Positions 1-10,824 of a DNA stretch of 26,834 nt are shown here, piece by piece. Below the pieces are notes generated by a model that did not search any database, was not told the DNA's origin, and saw only the letters and a list, made by a program, of their open reading frames with translations. The stretch spans positions 62,001 to 88,834 of the forward strand of contig KE560949.1 of the NCBI GenBank assembly GCA_000442015.1, in the 5' to 3' direction. Made by a program: the position numbers and the translations under genes. How positions within the stretch are numbered: the first letter of the stretch is position 1; each line of letters starts with the position of its first letter. Source of the DNA: Rozella allomycis CSF55 (Eukaryota).

Positions 1-4
1 ATAG

Positions 5-3000
5 AGTCAAAACTGTTCCTATACCGTCGCTGACATTTAACGTACCAAAAATTTCTTCATTCTACATTTCGTTGCCAGTCGATTTATCGCCTCTTCAGAA
101 ATATTTATTAGAAGAATTTTTTGAAAAATCATCCAGCGTTGAAAGTTTTGTTTCTCTTTCATTTGAAATTTTGTTTAATAGATTACTATCAAATGTAGAT
201 TCAATGTTATTCCTAGGTGAGCCTAAACTAATGTCAGTGTTTAATAAAGCACTAATGAATGATGAGACTATAGATACAACGTTGCATTGTCTTTCTCTAT
301 TGATTAGAAGAATTGAAAAGGATGTTGCGTTGAATGAGGTTGAAGTAAAGGATTTGGATAAAGCGTTGCATTATTTTTCGCATAATATATTTCATCAATT
401 GATGCCTTTGACTAGAATAAATAGATTTATGTTTCGAATCTTGTTGATTGTTGAAAGGTTAATTCCATGGCTTAGCTTTTATGTGAAATCGACGGAAATG
501 CATGAAGATTATCTGCAAGGGATTATGGATGTGTATATAAATGTGTTGGATTATTTAACGGAAGAAAATAAACAGTTGATGGTGTTGGTGAATTGCTCCA
601 ATGTAATAAAGAGGCTTGCAACGGTTGGAGGTTTTGACTGTTGTAATGTTTTAAAGAGATTGATGAAATATGAATTGGTCATGAAAATAACAAGAAAGAG
701 AATGAGATTGAATTTAATTAAAGAAGATAATCAAGAAATGCTTTGTTTGATGGATTTTCAGGATTTAATGTCGCCAGTTGAAGAAGATAGGAAGGAAGCT
801 GTTAGAAGACTAGTAAAGACTGAGAGTGTTATGAATAATTCATGGAATGTTTTGATAGAAGATGTTTACGTTGAACCAATAAAGATTAATGGTGTTGATA
901 AAGTTAATAATCTGAAGAGTTATTTGGAATCATTAGAGTCATTTGATGAAAGATCTTTAGGGTCTATTTGTGTTTATTTATCTAATAATAATAAAGATTG
1001 TGAGGGAAATGAATTGTTGGTTGAAATATTTAATCAGAATGTTGAAACAATTCTATCGTCTTCTATTTCTGAAATTTCGTTAATTTTGGAATGTTTGATT
1101 TATCTTTTTCCATTAATAAATGTAAATAAAGTAATGACCAAATTAAAATGCTTATTATTCCATAGTGATTTGATGATTAGAAATAGGATGGTTAAACTTG
1201 TAAAGAGAACAATTGAAGGATTGAAGATTGATGTTGATGGAGAGTTTTATGAGTTTAAGAATTATTTGATGAATGAGCAAGTGTATTTTGATAGAATAAT
1301 GACTAGTAAAAGTCATTTAGAGTGTCATGAAGCAATAAATGAGTATAAGAGTGTGTTGTATGTGATTGATCCTAATGGAGGGTTGATGAATAGAAACATT
1401 GTAAAGATTTTGGATAAATTTTTTAATGTGATTCCTGTGAGTGTTAATGATTTTAAATTGTTGCGACATATTTGTTGGTTTTTGATTAATCAAATTGAAC
1501 TAAAAAAGATTGAAGCAGAGTTTATTGAAATAACAAAAGTGTTGAATGTTGTTGAAGAATTGATTAGAGACAAGAAGCAGCCGATGGTTTATGTTGAAGA
1601 TTTGAGTGTTGAATGGAAATTAACGTTGGATGATCTTTCTGAACTTTTGTTTAAAATAAAGAGAAATAAAAAGAGTTCAAATGATTTTAAGAGAATTAAA
1701 AAGTTTATTGAATTTAGTTTGAATGATGATTTTACATTGTTTCATTTGAACATGTGGGGATTGCTAATAAATTCAAATTTTGATGATGTTTCATTTTTAA
1801 ATGATTATTTAATAAAATCAAATGACAATTTAACAAGGCCAATCCCAAAAAGAATAATTTTTGCTTTTTGTTGCCTATTTAGGTTTGACCAGGGTATTCC
1901 AATTGAATTAATTTCTTCTTTTCTTTGGATTGAAAAAGTTAATATTTTAGCATGGAATATTCTAACTAGATTATTAAAGTTTGAATTGAAGAATATATTT
2001 GAGAATATTCCAGATATTATAGATTCAAGTTTGAAATGTTTTCTTGATTCATTGAATCCAATCAATTTGAGGATTTCAAGTTTGAATTTTATTTTAAAAC
2101 TTGCTTCATTTTTAACTGATGAAGAAAAGATTGAATTGGTTAAAGTTTTTGAAAAATTTAATCTTTTTGTTTATGCTAAAGAGATTAATAATATTTCCTT
2201 GTTGAAGCCAATTGCGTGTTTATTTCATTGTTATCCATGTAATGAACATTTAAATTCTTTAATAAATCATTTCATTGATTCTACTGATAGCTCAATAGAT
2301 TCATCGTTTGATCAACTTGTAGCTTCACTTTGCTGTTCAAGTAATCCAGATTATTTTAAATTGCAACCTTTAATTCAAAAAACATTATTTATTCCTTTAA
2401 TAATAAAATTATATGAAAATGATCAATTAAATTTAATTCAAACGTTGGACACTTCATCTTTATATTCTCAACCAATTTCATTACAATTTCTACATTTAAT
2501 CAAACTAGAAATTAAATCAAACAATTTCAATAATTTAAATTTAATGAAAAATTTATTTAAAAATTTAATTAATGAATTTTCTTCTTTTGATGAACAATTC
2601 AAACAATCAATCCTTGAATGCATTTCCTTGTTAAGAGATCATCTATTACAAGATTTATTAAATTCAAATTTTCTAGATTATATTTCTGATTTAATTATTC
2701 ATTCTAAAAATATTGATTTAAACTTTTATTTAAATTTCATCATTTCAATAACTTACAATCAAATTTCAATCAAACTGAAATTAGGAAAATTACAAAATAA
2801 ATTGATTGAATTAATAAAAGTTTCAAATAATGAATTGGCGTTCAAAACTCTTTTAAATTTAATCAAAAATTGTTCAGAAAATAAAAAGAATTTAATAAAT
2901 TCAAATTTCGTTGATTTTTGTTTAAATCAATTGGAATCCAAATCTACTCTAGTTGAATACCTTATTGACATGTTCTCTTCACTCTCTTTGGATCAAGATT

Positions 3001-3577
3001 GTCTCATTTGTTTATTAAAAACTAATTTGTTCAATATTTGTTATTCATTTCTTAAAAATGCTACTAAATCTCAAAGAGACGCCTCGCTTCAATTGAAAAA
3101 GAAAAAGGCTAAATACTTTCTTGAATATATAGCGCTAGTGGCTAGATTCAAAGAAACTACAAATCTATTCATTAAAAATCACGGTAATTTTATTTCATTT
3201 TTATTAATAGATTTTGTTTCAATCATTTTTGATGTTTTACATTTTTGTTCATTAAGAGAAATTCAAATCATTTCTTGTAAGATTCTTGTCACTTTGGCTT
3301 CCTTTAAAGAATTAAAATCTCATTTCATTTCTCTTGGTAATTCAATCATCAAGTATCAATATTAGAACATTTCATACCAATTGTTGAAAGCTTATTAAAT
3401 ACTCAAGACACTCAACTAGTTCATTTAACGACCAGTATGATTTGGCTTCTTTTATTTAATAATCAAAAAGTGAAATCATTTCTGAAAAATCATAATTTTG
3501 GTGATAAATTGAATTCAATTTCAACCGCGAATAATCAACAAACCATTTCTCCAATTCAAAAGTTATTAACAATTTAA
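5..3577 (+). CDS. RTTN: Rotatin-like ARM/HEAT-repeat protein, 5' partial
   Basis: The frame is open from the window start (atag at 1-4 looks like an acceptor). It has a long Leu-rich helical exon, an in-frame 27-nt intron near 3184 and a 29-nt intron near 3337. The last exon encodes MIWLLLFNNQKVK, resembling the rotatin C-terminal LWALIYNYQKAK motif. Stop TAA 3575-3577 overlaps AATAAA. Confidence 0.6.
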
Positions 3578-3607
3578 ATAAAGAAATTAAATTCATTCAA
3601 AGTTTAT

Positions 3608-4901
3608 TTAAATCTTTTCATATTCAAGTTTACTTTCAAGTTTCTTTGAATCTGCAACCTTTCTCACTGCCTTCATGAAATCATCTTGAACGACATAATC
3701 ACGTTCATCACGGATAGCAAACATCCCTTTAACTTTCATTCAATAATTATTCTTACCTGCTTCAGTACACACATTTCTCAAATCAGCTCCATTAAACCCT
3801 TCAGACAATTTCACAATCGCTTCATAATCAATCTCTCCATTTTTAGCCATTGGAGATGAATGAATCTTCAAAATATCAACTCTTCCCTGTTCATTAGGCA
3901 AAGGTATCTCAATCTTTCTATCCAATCTACCAGGTCTAAGAAGCGCCGGATCCAAAGTGTCAGGTCTATTCGTCGCCATGATCATCTTCACTTGTCCAAG
4001 AACATCAAATCCATCCATTTGGTTCAAAAGTTCCATCAACGTTCTTTGGATCTCTCTATCAGACGAATTTCCATCTGAAAATCTTCTCCCTCCAATCGCA
4101 TCAATCTCATCCATAAAAATAATACACGGCTGGTTCTCACGTGCATAACCTTTCATAAAGTTTATTTTAGCTTACCAAACATCTCTCTAATCATTCTAGC
4201 ACTCTCGCCAATATACTTGTCTACAATAGCAGATGACACAACTTTAAGAAAATTCGTCTCCAATGTACTGGCCACTGCTCTAGCCAGCAATGTCTTTCCT
4301 GTTCCCGGTGGTCCATACAACAAAACACCCTTGGGTGGTTTGATCCCAACTCTCAAAAACAGTTCAGGATTAATCAACGGAAGCTCAATCACCTCCCGAA
4401 TCTCTCTAATCTGGTCTTGCAATCCTCCAACATTGGAAAACGTAACGTTTCCTGGATCTTCCATCGACATGTTATAAACCGCAGGATCAACCTCGCGTGG
4501 CAACATTCTCATTATAGTCAAAGTAGTAACATCAAGCGACACCCGAGTTCCATGCACAAGCTTACTCTTGTCCAATCGGTTTCTACACCCAACAATATAT
4601 CTAGGCCCACTCGTCGTCTTTACAATAACTATCTATCAAACTTCACACCCTTACATTTGTCATCATCCAGCTGCTTCATAACTTCTCCGATAATCTGTCC
4701 AACAGATTGAAGAGCCTTCATATCCTCTTCAGTCTTTTCATAATTCTTTTGCAGGTCGCGAAGCCCCAAACGCACTATTTAACTTATAATGTCGCTTTTA
4801 CATTCCTTTAATTTTGCTTCAATTTCACGATGCTCAAGAAGCTTCTTTCGATAGCTCGTAAGCGCTTGGCTGCGTCGATCGTCCATTACAATCGATGACA
4901 T
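3608..4901 (-). CDS. RPT4: 26S proteasome regulatory AAA-ATPase subunit Rpt4 (PSMC6)
   Basis: Splicing introns 4775-4801, 4629-4654, 4150-4175 and 3727-3756 (all GT-AG) gives [28 protein letters not shown]...[12 protein letters not shown]...GPPGTGKT...[11 protein letters not shown]...[10 protein letters not shown]...[12 protein letters not shown]. Confidence 0.97.
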
Positions 4902-4959
4902 TCACCAGGGTCTCTACTAAACACCCAAAAACATCTTAAATAATTCTAAAATCTCTTTA

Positions 4960-6032
4960 TTATATTCTCAAGGAAGAATATGTCTTCATTTGCGATATAT
5001 TGCTGCCTGATGTATTTGGCTTGTATGGCAGGTTTCTCATACTGGAAATCTGATTGGGGAGCGTAGTTTCAGCGACGTATGATGGAAGTGGTGACGGAAT
5101 AGTTGGCGTAGGCACTGGATTCGGACTCAGTTGCTTTTTGGAGAGTTCGATGATCACTACAACGGCTTTTCCCGCGTCTTCACTAGTATCACATTGCTGA
5201 AAGTGTACCTGAATTCTCTTTTCGTGCGTCTATCCCGAATTGCACAATGTCGCCCGTTTTCACCTTGTATGGTCGACTCTCCGTACCAGACTCGCTCAAC
5301 CGCACACCATTCTGGAACGTGCCGCACTGACTGCCAAGATCTTTGATGAACACCTAGTACACACTTGATCGTATATTACATTGTCTCCGTCGGCCCATAT
5401 TTCGGCATGGTTTCTTGAAATCACTTTACTGCCGAAAATAATGGTCCTGTCGGGATAATTGGGGTCATGCATGCGACCGATTCTCACAGGCTGGATCAGC
5501 GCTCTTTCCTCTAGTTTTTCAGTATCGCCTTGTATTTTCAGGATTAATACGGGTATCACACCCGCCATGTCTTTTCTTGGGATCATCAGAGACATTGATA
5601 CATCAGCTGGCATGAATACAGGTAATATTGCATACCGGAGATTGCATCAATCCATTCACGGGAAGATGAAATAGATCTTGTCATAAATATCCATGTCCTC
5701 AAGCCTTCTTTATGCAGCTTCCATCCATATGAAAAATCTCTGTCATTTCTAATATCTGATGCGTGCAATGTTGAAACATCATACAATGCGACATTTATAG
5801 CGTTTCTTGGCTCTTTGTCCTAGAACATATATCAATGCAACTTACTTTTTCCGATGAATAATAATACATAATCTTATTCAGTTTGTCGTATGCTACAAAT
5901 CTAAGAACCCACCTTTTGCCATTTCGGCAAAGTTTTTCTAAATAGTCGCAAATAAATGTCGGATTTATCTAATGAATAGGTTTTGTACGTATCTACCTGG
6001 CATTCAAGAGCCGTGGGTATTTTAAAAGACAT
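4960..6032 (-). CDS. PH domain + FHA domain protein
   Basis: Five GT-AG introns. N-terminal PH-like region (YLEKLCRNGKRWVLRFVAY...MYYYSSEKDKEPRNAINV...REWIDAI), then FHA (VRIGR...SKVISRNHAEIW...VFIKDLGSQCGTFQNG...GDIVQFG), then a Pro/Ser-rich tail. Confidence 0.85.
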
Positions 6033-6096
6033 TACTTTGTCACAATACCAAGGTTACCGAATAACACTACAAAAAATGTTTATTTTAAAGCGTAAT

Positions 6097-7238
6097 CTAT
6101 GCATATAAATTATAGTAATAAGGTATTGTCAATGCAAGACTTAGAGCTATCAGTGACAAATACGTGATGGTTTTAAACTCAGTCTTGGATTTTCTATTGG
6201 TATTCTTCATATTCTCAATTTTTAATTTTATTTTTGGGAGACTTCGAATATCATACAATGACTCCCAGTTCTTGGCATACGCCATGACAGGAGAGTTTCT
6301 TAAATTTAAATGTGCATTAGAGTTTACCTGTCTAAACGATAGCGAAAACGATGAAATGAAACTTCTTTATACAAATTGCAGGCATCTATAATTGCGGATT
6401 CAAAATCAATTGAGTTGATGTTCTGGGTGCAAATCATATGAATGGTGCTATAATCTTTGTCATCGGCATTTAAAATCTGTTTTTCTGATTGTTTAATAAC
6501 CTTTCAATTAAAACGAAATACCTTACAGCTGCGCAGAGGTATAGGATCATTATAGGATTGGACAAGAGGAGAAAGTCATAAATACGGCAAACTGTTTTAA
6601 ATGAGGACACATCATGAGCGAACCATGTAATTATCCAACTGATTGCAAAATGCGGGAGTGAGTCTGACCTAATATTTATGCTACATGTTCCGTACTCTTT
6701 TAATAGGCTGTGAATCTTGGGCGAGCTTTTGTGTAAAAGTCGCATTAGAATCTCGATCCATACATTCACGTTATGAAAATCTTTAGACATAAATTGTCTC
6801 AGGTAAAAATTGGAAAGATTATCTAAAAACGATATTGTGTATTCTATAGGCACTACAAGTAGCACTGTACAAGCAATGTCATGATATCCCTTGATAACAA
6901 TAAAGAATGTAGAATACCTGATAATAATTTAAATGTGGATTATTAATGAGAACATAAAGTATGATATAGAGCAGTTTTCTTCTGAGTGTCAAACGTATTT
7001 TGTGATCCTCAAATATGTGTAGAGATCTGTCAACATCCAATTTAACTTGATAATAAAGTGGGTAATGAGAGAAAATTTCTGGGTCAAATGTATCCTCTAT
7101 TCTTTCTCCGCTTGAAAATAGAACTTTGGGCCAAATCTTTGGCCTGTACTTTTCAGGAAATCCATTTCTACGCCTAGAATATTCTTTAAGTTTTTTGTAA
7201 TCAAATGATTTTATAGCTTCAATGATGGCTTCTTTCAT
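6097..7238 (-). CDS. TBC-domain RabGAP, TBC1D20/Gyp8-like, with C-terminal membrane anchor
   Basis: Motifs RPKIW, QVKLDVDRS, YYQ|GYHDI (across an intron), FAISWIITWFAH, RIYDFLL. Hydrophobic C-terminal tail. Four GT-AG introns of 26-29 nt. Confidence 0.9.
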
Positions 7239-7317
7239 GGTTTATGAAATTTCCCTGAACAATATCATTTTCCTCAGAATGAGCTTATATATATTTACCA
7301 ATTCTATTTATAACACA

Positions 7318-7417
7318 GCTCCCGTAGCTCAGTTGGTTAGAGCGTGATGCTTATATGGTTCCACCATGTCGAACTCAAGATACGTTGAGGCCACCGGTTC
7401 GAGCCCGGTCGGGAGCA
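7318..7417 (+). tRNA. tRNA-Ile (anticodon TAT) with 26-nt intron at 7356-7381
   Basis: Acceptor stem GCTCCCG/CGGGAGC plus discriminator A. D-arm GCTC-AGTTGGTTA-GAGC. Anticodon loop CT-TAT-A|intron|A. T-arm ACCGG-TTCGAGC-CCGGT. T-rich run downstream. Confidence 0.9.
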
Positions 7418-7676
7418 TTCTTTTCTCAATTTTGCTAATTGCATTTTTCCAAATCACTAACAATAATGCTATTCAATGGCATTCAATTTTCAAAAACGAT
7501 TGTAGAGGCTATAATGTNTTTTGTACTAGATCAGTACGATGAAAGTTACAACAGAGACTTCATTGACCCTATTTGTGGTAAATATCAACCTCCCTCGTAC
7601 GGATCTACCTCTTTTTCGGTTAAGTAGACCATTTTGCATTGGGGAAATAGAAACGCATGTATTTAAATGCACTTAG
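7366..7676 (+). CDS. Possible small spliced protein of unknown function (start and frame uncertain)
   Basis: A typical 28-nt GT-AG intron candidate at 7502-7529 and a + strand AATAAA at 7708-7713. Two open spliced readings: ATG 7366 to TAG 7627 (77 aa) or ATG 7466 to TAG 7676 (about 60 aa). Confidence 0.3.
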
Positions 7677-7740
7677 ATGTATCAAATTACGTAAAGAAAA
7701 TTAACAAAATAAAGATTTTATTGATATCAATTAGAACCAT

Positions 7741-10700
7741 TTAATATATTGAGTAGGATAGTTCATTTTCTTGAGTCTCTATAAAGCATAATGCCTCCTT
7801 ACAGTTGCAATCGTTGACTTTCATTTTTTGTATCACCGTTTCTAACCTTTTAATTAAATTGAAATGTGCAGATTTTCTTGTTCCCATTGAATTTTGATAG
7901 CCATATATTGCTATTCTTACAAACAAAAATAAATTCTATTACACAGTGAAAATGTTCTTTTGAACATTAAATTGTATATTTTTCTTTTGTTTTATTACAC
8001 TATATGCATATTCTATAGATTCAAATAACGCCTTAAAAATGAAGTCTGTATTACAATCTTTATAGACTCGCTTGTTTAATTCCTTAAGGTACAAGTGGAG
8101 TTTTAAACCACACAAGTAAAAATTGAGGTATAAATTTAGGAGCATAATGTTTAAGCTATTCAATTCAGGATCAAAATATAGGGGATGTAGCTTAGACTTT
8201 AGAAACCAATTGTTTTTTGATAAAATATTTTACTGTTTCAATTTGGTTTTAAGTTTTTCTCCAAAATGGTTTCCACATTCGACCGTAAGTGTATCTGCAA
8301 TGTTGAAGCCAACAAATTTAGAATAATCACAAATTACTTCTAAGTTCCTGCAATTTATCTGTAACCCACACCAAGGAAAACCTTTAATAGAATTTGAAAT
8401 AATTTCATACATTCATTTTCAATCACGGAGCACTTCAATTCTGATGATTTATAGTTAACGTAGGTTTTCATTTCCTGGATAAAGCAATTGTATCCAGGAA
8501 AACCTTTTTCTAATCTTTGAACAAATTTATCAACAATATCTTTATCTAGGGAAACGCATATAAAGTCATCAACGTATCGCATGACGAGGCAATTTTTATT
8601 GGCTATAAAATAACTTAAATGCTCTCTGTCCATTGAACCATAGAATAAAGAACACATTAAAGTTGACAAAATGGATCCTTGAGGAACACCGCACTTTTGT
8701 TCATAATAATCTTTGCCAATCTATTAACACATATTGAATTTGTTACCTTTACTAAATTATGTTTCAAATGATTTTCCAAAAGATTCAACAGGGATTCTTT
8801 ATCTTCAATAGGATGTGCAACTTGATCAACAATAATAGCGTTTGATAATTCATTAAACTCCTTGTTAACGAATGCATCGAAAACAGATTTGCAAGCAATA
8901 TCGTCAGCCTCTCTGAAGAATTTGCGTTTGATTTTATCAAAAGATTTACAAACCATAAAATATCTTCTGATCAAATAATAGTCATCATTCAATAATCTAC
9001 TGATGATAGGCAGCAATTTATCGCAGGGAATCGAGTCAAAGCAAGCTCGTACATCTAACTTGGCCATATAAAAACGTTTAAACGTCACAGATTGACAATT
9101 ATTATCATGAAATTTTCTTACTTTGGATCAATCTTACATGAATGAGCAAAGGCTTTCAATCTATCATGTATATCAGACAAACCTAGCACCGAAACTCCAA
9201 GAGACTCTTGTTTCTGAACATTATAAAACATAGTTAATCTTACTTTTTCTTTTAGCAACACACAAAATAGATTTTGAAGCATTGAATTAATCGACATTCC
9301 ATGCGGATTTAATGGATGTTTGTTTGCTATTTCCTTGCAAAGAATTGGCTATTATATGTATACCAAGGGTATTGCGTTCTTCCTTTTAAGATTAACTATT
9401 GGGCGCATCCCGTTTTCTTTAGGTAACAATCTCATAAATGAAAAACCAAGCGTCCTGTTGGCCATGGTGGTCAACGCTTGTTTCTAATCATTTAAAATAT
9501 GAATAGTTACTGTTCGTACAGGCTGATAAAGATCGTTTATGATATTTTCTAACACAGGATTCGACAAGGCAATCCAGACATCGTGTCGAAAATAGAATAT
9601 TCTATGTCGATATGACGTTGTTTCAGTGACATAGAAATGTCCCTTTCATACACGCTTAAATAATTTACTCTGATTAGTGGAATAATAAAGCCATTAAAGA
9701 TCCATTTGAGTAGATTGTGAACAAGTTTTGTGGCACAAGATATTTCTGTCTTTGAGTATTTTGATTTCTCACTAAAGAGCCATTTAAATTCTTTTATTTT
9801 TATCCCTTGCATTATTTCATGCATATCAATAGTCTCCCGTCTTCGTAATGAGACAAAAGTAGAAATCTTTTTGAATAAAACTTTCTTATTGTGTTCTCCT
9901 GTTAATTCAGATGGAATAATCTTCTGATAAACACATATTAAAAATCGAACGACCTTGTTTTCCAATAAATACACATTGTACTTTTTCATAAGGGGTATGT
10001 TCGTTGTTTATTATTGGACAGTATTCATTGAGTAATGGATATGTGTTAGTTTTAGAGGCCTTTATTAGGATTTTTTTAAAGTATTCTGTGCCCTTTTTCA
10101 TCATATTGTTTAGTTTTTTGCACATGAAAACTTGGTTGAGCATAAAATCGATTTCATCGTAATTTGAACAATTAAAAATGTCTATTCAGGCAGCTTGAAT
10201 TATATTACGAGTTTGAGGAAACCCAAAAAGTGGGACATTTTTGTTCAAGAAGGCTGGCCTGGCATAGTAAATCCTGGATCTCTCGATATCTGAATTAGCT
10301 TGATTTTCTTTTTTCGCCTCAACTGGCGGCCCTGTAATTTGGATATAAGCATCTTTCTCTGAGATCTTTCGAAATAGAAATGACTTTGTCAATAATGTAA
10401 TGTAGGGTTCCTCCCCGTATTGTTGGACAAAATTATGCCAAAAAGGTAAAAGCATCATATTTACCAGAGTGTTCGGATTTGTATTTTCTAAAAGCATTTC
10501 AAAGTTCAATGAAGAGCTCTTATCATGACCAGACGATGTGATAATACCTTTTTGAATCCAAGTGTTATTAAATTCTTAGTTCCCTTATTTATTTCTTCCA
10601 GAATACAATTCACAAGCAAATCTTTAAGGGGTATCTTTGATGATTTTATATTCATGTGTGTCAAATTGCCGTACTCTTCTTTTCGTATCACAATCTTGAA

Positions 10701-10796
10701 CTCTTTTGCAAATTCATTATTTGAATATAAGTTGAAAACTTGGGTAAAATCTATAATAACAAACTCTGTTGAATTAAATATAGCTTCCAAAATCAT
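7741..10796 (-). CDS. TERT: Telomerase reverse transcriptase
   Basis: Twelve predicted introns. Motifs in order: GQ (NLITLGF), CP (YPLLNEYCP), T (FYVTETTSYRHRIFYFRHDVW), 1/2 (MRLLPKENGMRPIVN), A (KLDVRACFDSIP), B' (GVPQGSILST), C (MRYVDDFI), E (FPWCGL), CTE (KLHPLYFDPELNS). Two junctions need non-canonical solutions (see findings). Confidence 0.95.
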
Positions 10797-10811
10797 TTAT
10801 AGTTTGCCTTT

Positions 10812-10819
10812 GAAATTTC
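10812..10819. promoter_or_regulatory. Palindromic GAAATTTC element in the 28-bp TERT/CPR divergent spacer
   Basis: The same 8-mer lies 4-7 nt upstream of ATGs at 7246-7253, 13013-13020 and 17026-17033. Confidence 0.6.
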
Positions 10820-10824
10820 CGACC

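Noticed and set aside
7418-7740. Telomerase RNA next to TERT
   Set aside because: No CTAACCCTAA-type template on either strand (only TGACCCTA). The organism's telomere repeat is unknown, so this is unsupported rather than excluded.
7741-10796. Reverse transcriptase as a retroelement or mobile element
   Set aside because: It has the telomerase-specific GQ, CP and T motifs and spliceosomal introns, with no LTRs, endonuclease or integrase. It is cellular TERT.
10525-10824. 100-aa N-terminal extension of the P450 reductase ORF
   Set aside because: It is antisense to TERT exon 1. ATG 10825 directly precedes the expected membrane anchor.
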